From a virus: 64,000 nucleotides of DNA. The DNA lies in IMG/VR virus record IMGVR_UViG_3300045960_000114, positions 32,001 through 96,000 of that record. One strand, 5' to 3'. The translations under genes were made by a program, and so were the position numbers. Positions within the stretch are counted from its first letter, which is position 1; the number at the start of each line of letters is the position of its first letter. The notes below the pieces were generated by a model, which did not search any database, had not been told where the DNA came from, and was given only the letters and a program-made list of their open reading frames with translations. Of the stretch, positions 9,816-17,573 are shown piece by piece.

Positions 9816-10337
9816 ATGCCTGGTACCGTAACTCCGGCTCAGATGTTCGACCACACCTTGGATGCGAAGAAGGGCTGGCCTTCTCCGTACGCCCTGGACA
9901 AGTCCAAAGAGATCGCCTCGGGTGAAACTGGGATCCTGTCCGGTATGGTGGTCCACATCGACCCCACGACCGACAAGATCAAGCGGGGCTGCCCGTGGAA
10001 TGCCAACTGGGCCGCGATGCCCATCTTCGCGTTCCCGAACCAGAAGGATTTCGACGTGTCGTCTGACGTCGGAAACATTTCTGGCGGCGTGCTGGTTGGT
10101 CTGGTTGCCACCGGCTCGTACGAGCTGGAATCCACCGAGTACCTCGGTGTCGGCTACAACCCGAACATTCCGCTGACGGTCGAGAACACCCCCGGCGCGG
10201 ATCTGGGCAAGCTGGTCGCCACCACGCTGGGCTCGACCGACCTGATCGTCGGCGTCGTGTCGGACAAGGGTCCGCTCACGAACGAGTACAAGAAGACGTA
10301 CATTCGGTTCTGGCCGGTCTACCTGCCCAGCCACTAG
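9816..10337 (+). CDS. Putative head decoration/cement protein
   Basis: AGGAGG RBS; 173-aa beta-rich protein immediately upstream of the major capsid gene. Confidence 0.6.
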   Translation: MPGTVTPAQMFDHTLDAKKGWPSPYALDKSKEIASGETGILSGMVVHIDPTTDKIKRGCPWNANWAAMPIFAFPNQKDFDVSSDVGNISGGVLVGLVATGSYELESTEYLGVGYNPNIPLTVENTPGADLGKLVATTLGSTDLIVGVVSDKGPLTNEYKKTYIRFWPVYLPSH

Positions 10338-10429
10338 GCCGAGGCAGTTGTAGTGCTTGATGCTGTTCGTTCAGGCGGTTAGCTGCCAGTGAGGCAGGCC
10401 GCAAGGGATAACAAAGGGAGGTTCACACC

Positions 10430-11371
10430 ATGGGTACGAGCAACGCTCCTACCACTAAGGCGTTGAACGAGGCAATGCTGTCTCGTCTGACGTCTGACGA
10501 TTGGGGGCTCCGCAAAGAAGCCACCGATGCGATCAACGACTACACCCGCGTGAAGATGCGTGAAGATGGCTTCCTTCGCCGCATCCTCCCGCCGGTGACG
10601 ATCACGAACGACGAGTTCGATCGTCAGGTCGACACCGACAAGCCGGTCAAAGTGATCGACTTGGAACCGGATGCGCCGGAAGCGGTCAGCGTGCCGTTCG
10701 CGGCCCTGACCGTCAATCGGTACATTCGGGCTCCTCGTTACAGGGTCATGTTTGACCGCATCCTGACGCCGAAGTTCACCAAGGACGTCGATGAACTCCG
10801 GACGTACGACATGGACATCCGGCAGATCCTGTCGGACATCTCCATCAAAGACATGCTGGCGACCGAGGACGGCAAGTTCGTTGCCACTCTGAACAGCCTG
10901 CTCCTGGGTGCCAACGTCGTGATCCCCTCCACCGGCGTCGCGCAGTACGTGACAATCGCCGGCGGGATCACCCGCGACACCATGGCGGAAGCCATGAAGG
11001 TCCTGCCCCGCACCCCGTCGCACCTCAACGTGGCCACGGTGCTGATCAACAACGTCAGCATCTGGGACATCGTGAAGTGGGGTCGTGACGAGGTCGGTGG
11101 TGACATGTCCCAGGAGCTCCTGCGGACTGGTTTCGCCGAACGTGAGATCATGGGCGTCCGCATGATCATCACGATCAAGCGCGACCTGGTTCCGGATGGG
11201 ACGGTCTTCCTGTTCGCCGAGCCGAAGTTCATGGGCAAGTTCTTCATCCTCGAAGACACGACCATGTACATCGACCGTCGCGCCTACATGCTCGAGTTCT
11301 TCGCGTACGAGAGCATCGGCGCCTGCGTGGCGAACGTCGCGTCGGTTGGCCGCGTGGACTTCGTGGCCTAA
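10430..11371 (+). CDS. Major capsid protein (HK97 fold, inferred)
   Basis: Strong RBS, strongly GC3-biased codons, position after protease/scaffold/decoration genes, hairpin downstream; REDGFLRRILPP, TPKFTKDVDEL, EPKFMGKF. Confidence 0.8.
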   Translation: MGTSNAPTTKALNEAMLSRLTSDDWGLRKEATDAINDYTRVKMREDGFLRRILPPVTITNDEFDRQVDTDKPVKVIDLEPDAPEAVSVPFAALTVNRYIRAPRYRVMFDRILTPKFTKDVDELRTYDMDIRQILSDISIKDMLATEDGKFVATLNSLLLGANVVIPSTGVAQYVTIAGGITRDTMAEAMKVLPRTPSHLNVATVLINNVSIWDIVKWGRDEVGGDMSQELLRTGFAEREIMGVRMIITIKRDLVPDGTVFLFAEPKFMGKFFILEDTTMYIDRRAYMLEFFAYESIGACVANVASVGRVDFVA

Positions 11372-11393
11372 GTCTGGTAGGTCTTGCAGAATC

Positions 11394-11430
11394 GGGTGTG
11401 GGTCGCGCACAGCGGCCCACACCCTTCTTC
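11394..11430 (+). terminator. Probable intrinsic terminator after the capsid gene
   Basis: 13-bp stem gggtgtgggtcgc/gcggcccacaccc (one G-U) followed by ttcttc (weak U-tract). Confidence 0.55.
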
Positions 11431-11444
11431 CGGGGTAGGTCGCG

Positions 11445-12731
11445 ATGCGAGATTCTCTCTTGGAAAAGGCGGCTAAGGGTGGGGCCGGTGGCCTACTCTC
11501 TTCTCTTTTCCAGGGAAAGTGGACGAAGGGGCTCGGCAGCTCGCTGAAGGAAATGGCGGGCCGGGCCGCGATGCAGGCCGGCACGGGTGCGTTGGTTGGC
11601 GGCGTCGCAAACAAGATTCGCGGTGGAAGTTTCGGGAGTGGTGCGCTTTCTGGTGCGATGGGTGGATTTACCGGAGGTAGCATCGGCTCAGGGTTGGTCA
11701 ACAACCCGAAGAAACAATGGCTTGGCGACGTGATTGGCGGAGCACTTGGTGGCGGAGTTGCTGGCGCCATGGTCCCGCCGGCGATCCAAGCAATGGGAAT
11801 GGAGCCTGGTTCAATGCCTAACCTCGAAGGAACACCTCAAGCTGGTTTTAACAAATACAGCTCTTTCGTTAAACAGGCACTGAAACCGAGACCAGGAGCA
11901 ACGAGCGCCCAAAATCCTGTTGATGCGCTTAAGGGCAAATTGCTTGGTGCGTTGCTTGCACATACAGGTGTTGGTGCGGGTATTGGCGCTTTGAGTGCTG
12001 GTGAAGATCGCCGGTTGGCTGGCGCTGGCCTTGGGGCTTTAGGTGGGTTGGCTGGCGCTGGGTTGGGCGCCGCAGCTGGTGGTATTGGTGGGTTGGGACT
12101 GGGAGCGGCTACCACTGGAAAAGTGGTTAAAGCGCCCCATCGCCCGCCTAAAGGATCTCCGGCTTGGCGTCAACCTAAGGGTACTACGTCGCCCCTTGGG
12201 GCTGGACTACACACGATTGGCAGTGGTGTACTCGGGTCTGCGCTTGGTGGGGTGGCTGGAACTTTAGGAGGCGCATACGTCGGGGGACGCGCGGCGAGAA
12301 AGACTGAAGGATCAAGCAAGCCGACTGAGCCCAAGAAGGAAGAGCCCGCGAAGGAAGCGCCCAAGAAGGAAGCTAAGCCGGAGGCAAAAGAAACTCCGAA
12401 GGAGAAAAAGGCCATGGCAAATGAGGCACTCGAAGTGCTGTTCAATCAGGTCTACCTGCCTGCTTTCCTGGAGAAAGCGGCGGAGCTGAACGTGAACATC
12501 ACGACAGCGGACGAACTGGACAAGGTGCTCGACACCACCGCTCGCGTCAAACAGGCGATGATCGAGGACAAGTCCAACACGTTCACGGAAGTTGCGAACG
12601 CGGCCAAGGGGCTGGCGCAGATTCCGCAGGAGAAGGAAGCCGAAGCGCGGCCTTCTCATTCCGAAGTCAGCCAGATGCTGGCTTCGAATCCCTACATGCT
12701 GCAGATGTTGGGCGCTGCGAAATCCGCTTAA
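11445..12731 (+). CDS. Modular Gly-zipper protein with K-x-A-delimited segments; possible internal start at 12414
   Basis: Repeated GxxxG hydrophobic hairpins; EKAA, FVKQA, LEKAA; in-frame AAGGAG + ATG at 12399/12414. Confidence 0.75.
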   Translation: MRDSLLEKAAKGGAGGLLSSLFQGKWTKGLGSSLKEMAGRAAMQAGTGALVGGVANKIRGGSFGSGALSGAMGGFTGGSIGSGLVNNPKKQWLGDVIGGALGGGVAGAMVPPAIQAMGMEPGSMPNLEGTPQAGFNKYSSFVKQALKPRPGATSAQNPVDALKGKLLGALLAHTGVGAGIGALSAGEDRRLAGAGLGALGGLAGAGLGAAAGGIGGLGLGAATTGKVVKAPHRPPKGSPAWRQPKGTTSPLGAGLHTIGSGVLGSALGGVAGTLGGAYVGGRAARKTEGSSKPTEPKKEEPAKEAPKKEAKPEAKETPKEKKAMANEALEVLFNQVYLPAFLEKAAELNVNITTADELDKVLDTTARVKQAMIEDKSNTFTEVANAAKGLAQIPQEKEAEARPSHSEVSQMLASNPYMLQMLGAAKSA

Positions 12732-12745
12732 GCGGGAGTTGAAGC

Positions 12746-13222
12746 ATGCCTGGTCAACGAGCCAAAGAAGGCGCGACTTTCATTACCCGTCGCGCTGCCT
12801 ACCGCATCATCACAGCGATTGATGCGTCTGGCGTCATCGACCCGTCCATCCCGATTCTGGACACGCGGGGTGCCGGGCAGTTGACTGTTGGGCTGAGCAA
12901 TGGGGACACCAATCAGTACGGCAAGGACGCGCGTATCCTGATTGCTGCGATCCCCAATGGCTTCACCAACGTCACGCTACAGCTTTGGCTGCATGCGCCA
13001 GATGACCAGTACGAGCTGAAGAGCGTCAATGCTTCGTCCTCGAGCTCGAGTTCGTCACCGCTTCCAGTCACGGAAGACTGGGTGCTGGCTGAACAGAAGA
13101 CGGGCATTGGCGGGCCGGTCCTGTGGGTGGCCAAGGACATCCCCCCAGGCGAGTACAAGATACTCATGACGGCAGCCACAGGCAGTGGCTACCTCACCCT
13201 CAGGGAACAACACGCAGCGTAA
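12746..13222 (+). CDS. Virion protein with poly-Ser tract
   Basis: GGGAG RBS; Ser8 at 13034-13057. Confidence 0.75.
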   Translation: MPGQRAKEGATFITRRAAYRIITAIDASGVIDPSIPILDTRGAGQLTVGLSNGDTNQYGKDARILIAAIPNGFTNVTLQLWLHAPDDQYELKSVNASSSSSSSSPLPVTEDWVLAEQKTGIGGPVLWVAKDIPPGEYKILMTAATGSGYLTLREQHAA

Positions 13223-13232
13223 GGAGATAGAC

Positions 13233-13478
13233 ATGCGAACTCTGATCACGAACACGTCTGGCGCGAGCAAGTTCTTCGGCTTCATCCCCCCGCACGGCGC
13301 GCAGCTTGATAACGGCGCCAACGTGGTGGTGGATGGCGACCTGGCTACGGTGCTGGCTGGCGGGCGGAACCGCTACAGCCGAAAGACCGAGCTGCACGCC
13401 ATGAAGACTGCCGTTGCCAACGGCGAGGTCACGGTTGCTGATCTGCCGGATACCTCTTCCAGCAGCAGCTCGATCTAG
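13233..13478 (+). CDS. Small virion protein ending in Ser6-Ile
   Basis: AAGGAG RBS at 13221; ATG 13233. Confidence 0.75.
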   Translation: MRTLITNTSGASKFFGFIPPHGAQLDNGANVVVDGDLATVLAGGRNRYSRKTELHAMKTAVANGEVTVADLPDTSSSSSSI

Positions 13479-13521
13479 CTTTTCGCGACGCGGCCAGGTG
13501 TAATGGCCGGTAAGTCGGTTG

Positions 13522-13562
13522 CCGCGCGGCAGAAAACCCCGACTGCCGCGCGGTTTTTCTTT
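13522..13562 (+). terminator. Intrinsic terminator closing the head module
   Basis: ccgcgcggcag-10 nt-ctgccgcgcgg followed by tttttcttt. Confidence 0.75.
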
Positions 13563-13588
13563 AGGGGGTGGCGCCAGGGGGTGCGAAC

Positions 13589-14518
13589 ATGGCCTTCGCA
13601 AACGATTGTCTCGATACCATCGGGACATGCCCTGACAACATCCCCTCGCTGTGCACGAGTCAGTCCGTCGAAGAAAGACTCACCCTCAAGCTGTTTGACC
13701 CGTGCAGTCGGCAACCGCTCGACTTGACCATCTACGACATTCCAGAGGGCAGTTCCTCTGGTAGCTCCTCACCGAGTTCCAATCTGTCCTCCAACTTCTC
13801 CTCGTCCAGCTCTGCTGGACCGGTGGTCAAGCACGGCGTCGAGATCGTCACGAAGGAAGCGCCACAGCTGATTCCATATTGGTGTGTCATGGCTGACATG
13901 CCGACAGTAGAGGAATCCAAAGCCGGAATCGTTCATTTTACGCCGCCTGCCGCCATGGTCGAAAAGCCTGGGATTTTCACTGGGATGGCACTCATCTGGG
14001 AGCACGGTGTCGCCAAGAAGCAGTGGCCGTTCTGGCTCGATGTCCGCCCCCGGTTGGACATCTGGAATATCTGGAATCCCGGCTGGCCCATCACGGTCCC
14101 GGAGATCCGGATCGCCATTCGTGACACCTGTCCTGAAGTCAACTTCCTCATCGACAAGGTCGAGTTTGAGACGCACGAGATCATTTGGGCAATCCAACAG
14201 CCGGTGGACAAGTGGAACGCCACGCGCCCGCCGGTAGGCACGTTCACCTACGCGGATTTCCCGTATCGGTATCACTGGCGGTTGGGCGCGGTTGCAGAGC
14301 TGTTGCGCATGGCCGCCATCTGGATGCGGCGCAACGACCTGGATTACAGCGCCGGCGGCCTGCAGATCATGGACACCAAGAAGTGGCCTGATTACCTGCG
14401 GATCTCCGACACGTTGCGCGACGAGTACGATAAGTGGATGATCAACGAGAAGAAGGGGCTCAATCTCGACAATGCCTACGCGAGTTTGGGCGGATACAAG
14501 TACGCGCCGTATCGCTAA
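13589..14518 (+). CDS. Putative head-tail adaptor/neck protein
   Basis: AGGGGG RBS; position between capsid and tail genes; Ser-rich linker at about 13751-13812. Confidence 0.55.
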   Translation: MAFANDCLDTIGTCPDNIPSLCTSQSVEERLTLKLFDPCSRQPLDLTIYDIPEGSSSGSSSPSSNLSSNFSSSSSAGPVVKHGVEIVTKEAPQLIPYWCVMADMPTVEESKAGIVHFTPPAAMVEKPGIFTGMALIWEHGVAKKQWPFWLDVRPRLDIWNIWNPGWPITVPEIRIAIRDTCPEVNFLIDKVEFETHEIIWAIQQPVDKWNATRPPVGTFTYADFPYRYHWRLGAVAELLRMAAIWMRRNDLDYSAGGLQIMDTKKWPDYLRISDTLRDEYDKWMINEKKGLNLDNAYASLGGYKYAPYR

Positions 14519-14528
14519 GGGGGCTGGA

Positions 14529-15146
14529 ATGCTTGACCTGTTTTTTGGACAAAGCCGCCTGGCAGAACAGAAGGTTCGCTCGTTTTTGAAGACGGCACAG
14601 GCAGGGCCGCCGCCCGGCGGTCCCCCGCCTGGCCCGCCAGGCGGTATGCCGCCAGGACCCCCAGGCATGCCGCCTGGCCCTCAAGGGCCGCCGCCGCCTC
14701 CGTGGGATCCCATGGCGCCGCCTGGAATGCCGAAGAACCCCCCATCAGCGCAGAAGACACCTGATCAGATTCCTTATGCCCAGCGCGCGCAGTTGCAGGG
14801 CAAGGAGTATGAGATGGACCCGCTGGCCGCCACGCAGGGGCTGGATATCCTGAGCCACGGCGCGAAGCAGAATCCGCAGCGGTTCACGCTGGGCCAGCGG
14901 ATGATGGAACCGCCGGCTGCGGTCGGCAGGCGTATCAAGCGCGCGCTCAGCAACCTGAAGCAGCGGCAGTTCCTGGAAGGGAAGATCAAGCACGACCCCC
15001 GCAAGGGGCGCACGCAGGGTGAGGAAGTCACTAAGGCGCTTTCGGACAAGGCACATGGCGATCTCCTGGGCGGCAGAAGCGACGATGTCGTCAAGTATCT
15101 GGCTAAGAAGCGAGTGGAGTTGGCGCTCAAGTCAGGAGACAAATGA
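14529..15146 (+). CDS. Pro/Gly-rich low-complexity protein
   Basis: FLKTA followed by GPPPGGPPPGPPGGMPPGPPGMPPGPQGPPPPPW. Confidence 0.65.
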   Translation: MLDLFFGQSRLAEQKVRSFLKTAQAGPPPGGPPPGPPGGMPPGPPGMPPGPQGPPPPPWDPMAPPGMPKNPPSAQKTPDQIPYAQRAQLQGKEYEMDPLAATQGLDILSHGAKQNPQRFTLGQRMMEPPAAVGRRIKRALSNLKQRQFLEGKIKHDPRKGRTQGEEVTKALSDKAHGDLLGGRSDDVVKYLAKKRVELALKSGDK

Positions 15147-16117
15147 CCGCACCGTCCCACCTACCCGGCGGCCTGCCGTCGACGATCTATAACCCGGCGG
15201 ATGTAGTCCGTCTGGAATGTGGCGTGTTCAAGCGCATCCAGACGGTCGTCCAGCCGTTGGGTGGGAACCTGATCGCGTGGGAGCTGTTTGAGGGTTTCCG
15301 GTCTCCGGGGCCGTACCACTTCTACGTGGACTTCGGGCGTTCGGGTACGAACGAGTGGGAAGTGCTGAACCAGCAGCCGATCATCGATTCATGCGCATTC
15401 TACGACCTGGCGCAGCGACATTGGGACCACTTTATCGATTTCTACTATAGGGTGCGGCTAGTTCTTCCGTCGCTGGTCAACCCAGATGGTTCCTGCGTTG
15501 TTCATGTCAGCCAACCGCAGCAGGCCAATGGTGCGCTGGCCAAGCGCGACTGGCTGGTCATGCGCGAGATCTGCCGCAAGGAGTACCTGCTTCAACGCAA
15601 ACGCACGAACGTCAACAACGTGGGGTGGATCCTCAAGCGGAGACGCTGGGGTGTCTCCTGTGACAAATGCAAGGAGTATGACACCCTTGAAGTTCAGAAG
15701 ACTTCGTGTGATCAGTGCTTCGGGACTGGCTTCATAGGGGGCTACTTCCGGGGAATCGATTTCAGGGTCACCATGGATGCGCCGTGGGGCCGCGAGTTCA
15801 AGCGTGACGAGACGGTGTCGCTGACGAACAACACCCAGCGCAAAGGCCGAGTGGTTGCCTACCCGTATCTCGACACGAACGATATCTACGTGCGGAAGGA
15901 TACCGGTGACCGGTACTTCGTGAACGCGCTGGAGACGCTGGCGGAAGTAAGCGGTGTTCCGATCGTCCTGAATGTGGAGTTAAGGCTTGCCCCCGTCACG
16001 GATCCCATTTACAACGTGCCCGTCAACGGATGGCAGTCGAGCTCATCCTCAAGCTCGCAATCGCCTGGTGCTAAATGTGGACCAGAGGCTGGCTTGAAAG
16101 TCGATAACGACTGGTAA
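15143..16117 (+). CDS. Putative neck/head-closure protein with Cys4 zinc motif
   Basis: CDKC...CDQCFGTGFIGGY; beta-rich C-terminus; Ser7 at 16037-16057; position in the neck region. Confidence 0.55.
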   Translation: MTAPSHLPGGLPSTIYNPADVVRLECGVFKRIQTVVQPLGGNLIAWELFEGFRSPGPYHFYVDFGRSGTNEWEVLNQQPIIDSCAFYDLAQRHWDHFIDFYYRVRLVLPSLVNPDGSCVVHVSQPQQANGALAKRDWLVMREICRKEYLLQRKRTNVNNVGWILKRRRWGVSCDKCKEYDTLEVQKTSCDQCFGTGFIGGYFRGIDFRVTMDAPWGREFKRDETVSLTNNTQRKGRVVAYPYLDTNDIYVRKDTGDRYFVNALETLAEVSGVPIVLNVELRLAPVTDPIYNVPVNGWQSSSSSSSQSPGAKCGPEAGLKVDNDW

Positions 16118-16140
16118 TAATAGGGGTTGGAGGTTCCACC

Positions 16141-16779
16141 ATGGCAAAGATGCCGATTGACAAGCTGACCGAGTTGGCACGCAAGAAGCCCTGGCTGGTC
16201 GGCGCACTTGCCGGCGGTGCATTAGGCGCGCCGATAGGGCTCATGCGATCCGACGAAGGCGAGGAGATGCGCGGCGCATTGGCCGGCGGACTGACTGGCG
16301 CAGGTGTTGGCGCGCTCGGTGGAATGGGCGCGAAGAAACTGCAGGATGTGATTGATGCCATCGCCACGCGCGGCCAGCAGATCGCGGCTGCCGGTGGTGT
16401 CGGTGGATTGGTTGGTGGCGCGGTTGGTGCGTCCAAGATGGCGCCGTGGGTGAAGAAACGCCTGATGCGTCAGGCGGGCGGCGAACCTGAGATGGCAGAA
16501 GAAGAAAATAAGGAGGCTCAAATGGCCAACGAGACTGAAAAGGTGGTCAAGGATTTGACCAAGGACATGCCCGCTGAGAAGCAGGCTGAGCAGGAGAAGG
16601 TCGCGTCGGATCGCGTCAACTCCTTCGATTTCGGCATTGACCTGTTCTGTCAGGAGAACGGGCTCAACAAGCAGGCATTCGCCGAGATGCTCGGTTTCGA
16701 GAACGAGAAGGACATGGCGCAGGGGATCATCGAATGCCTGGTCAGCAACCAGCAGGAAGCGCCGAAGGCAAACGCCTGA
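16141..16779 (+). CDS. Gly-zipper protein with K-x-A motifs; possible internal start at 16522
   Basis: GGAGG RBS; three GxxxG segments; KEA, KQA, KVA, KQA. Confidence 0.75.
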   Translation: MAKMPIDKLTELARKKPWLVGALAGGALGAPIGLMRSDEGEEMRGALAGGLTGAGVGALGGMGAKKLQDVIDAIATRGQQIAAAGGVGGLVGGAVGASKMAPWVKKRLMRQAGGEPEMAEEENKEAQMANETEKVVKDLTKDMPAEKQAEQEKVASDRVNSFDFGIDLFCQENGLNKQAFAEMLGFENEKDMAQGIIECLVSNQQEAPKANA

Positions 16780-16813
16780 AGCAGTGGCGTAAGCCCAGAA
16801 TAGGCAGGATGGT

Positions 16814-16840
16814 TCCACGCGGTCTGATGGACCGCGTGGA
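16814..16840 (+). other. Intergenic 11-bp hairpin without U-tract
   Basis: tccacgcggtc-tgatg-gaccgcgtgga. Confidence 0.6.
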
Positions 16841-16866
16841 CATTCGTACTTGGGAGCCCGGACCTG

Positions 16867-17562
16867 ATGGCCGACCCGGCAGACAAAACGACACCGGTAG
16901 CCGTAGATCTTGACCCGGTTACCAGCCTGTGCACGTCGCAGAGTCTTGCGAATGTGATGACGGGTATGTTCACGCGTGCCTGCCAGGAACACTTTTCAGA
17001 TCCGAACAACATGGCCTTCAACGCCTACACGGAGGAAGGCAAGGAGATGCTGGAGGACTACATCTGGACTCCAGACAACACAACCACTAAGATACAGATC
17101 CAGCCGGTGTGGATGTACAACTCGCAGGACATCCAGCGCCGCCCCGCGATCTACGTAAAGCGCGGAAAATGGCATACGAGTCGGCTGGCGATCAATGACG
17201 GCATGACGGTCGGTGCCGTTCGGAATGCGCAAGGCGGGGTCGAGCGCGTGGAAGGCGAGTATCACGTGCGGCAGGTGGATGGCTCTCACATTGTTCATTG
17301 TGTGGGAAGATCAGGAGCAGAAGCAGAGTTGCTGGGCCAGGAAGTGCTTGAGTATTTCATGTCCTTCGCACCTGTGTTGCGGCAGGAGATGAAACTTCAC
17401 TACTTGGAGGTGTCGGACGTGGACGAGGTGAAGATGCTCGACGAGGACGTTGAGCGATTCGTCACGCCCGTGATCCTGTCCTACACCTTCATGCGTTCAT
17501 GGCGCCTTGAACAGCAGGCGCCGTGGCTCAAAGCCCTGGCGATCGACTTGGCTGCGAAATAG
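16867..17562 (+). CDS. Putative tail completion/terminator protein
   Basis: Directly upstream of the sheath gene; RPAIYVKRG and terminal beta-strand pattern. Confidence 0.55.
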   Translation: MADPADKTTPVAVDLDPVTSLCTSQSLANVMTGMFTRACQEHFSDPNNMAFNAYTEEGKEMLEDYIWTPDNTTTKIQIQPVWMYNSQDIQRRPAIYVKRGKWHTSRLAINDGMTVGAVRNAQGGVERVEGEYHVRQVDGSHIVHCVGRSGAEAELLGQEVLEYFMSFAPVLRQEMKLHYLEVSDVDEVKMLDEDVERFVTPVILSYTFMRSWRLEQQAPWLKALAIDLAAK

Positions 17563-17573
17563 GAGATTCCGAC

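Noticed and set aside
10379-11770. Long antisense or alternative-frame ORFs (e.g. 10379..11770 -, 18915..20297 -, 32630..33736 -)
   Set aside because: They shadow well-supported genes, lack RBSs and have Arg/Pro-rich composition typical of GC-rich off-frame ORFs.
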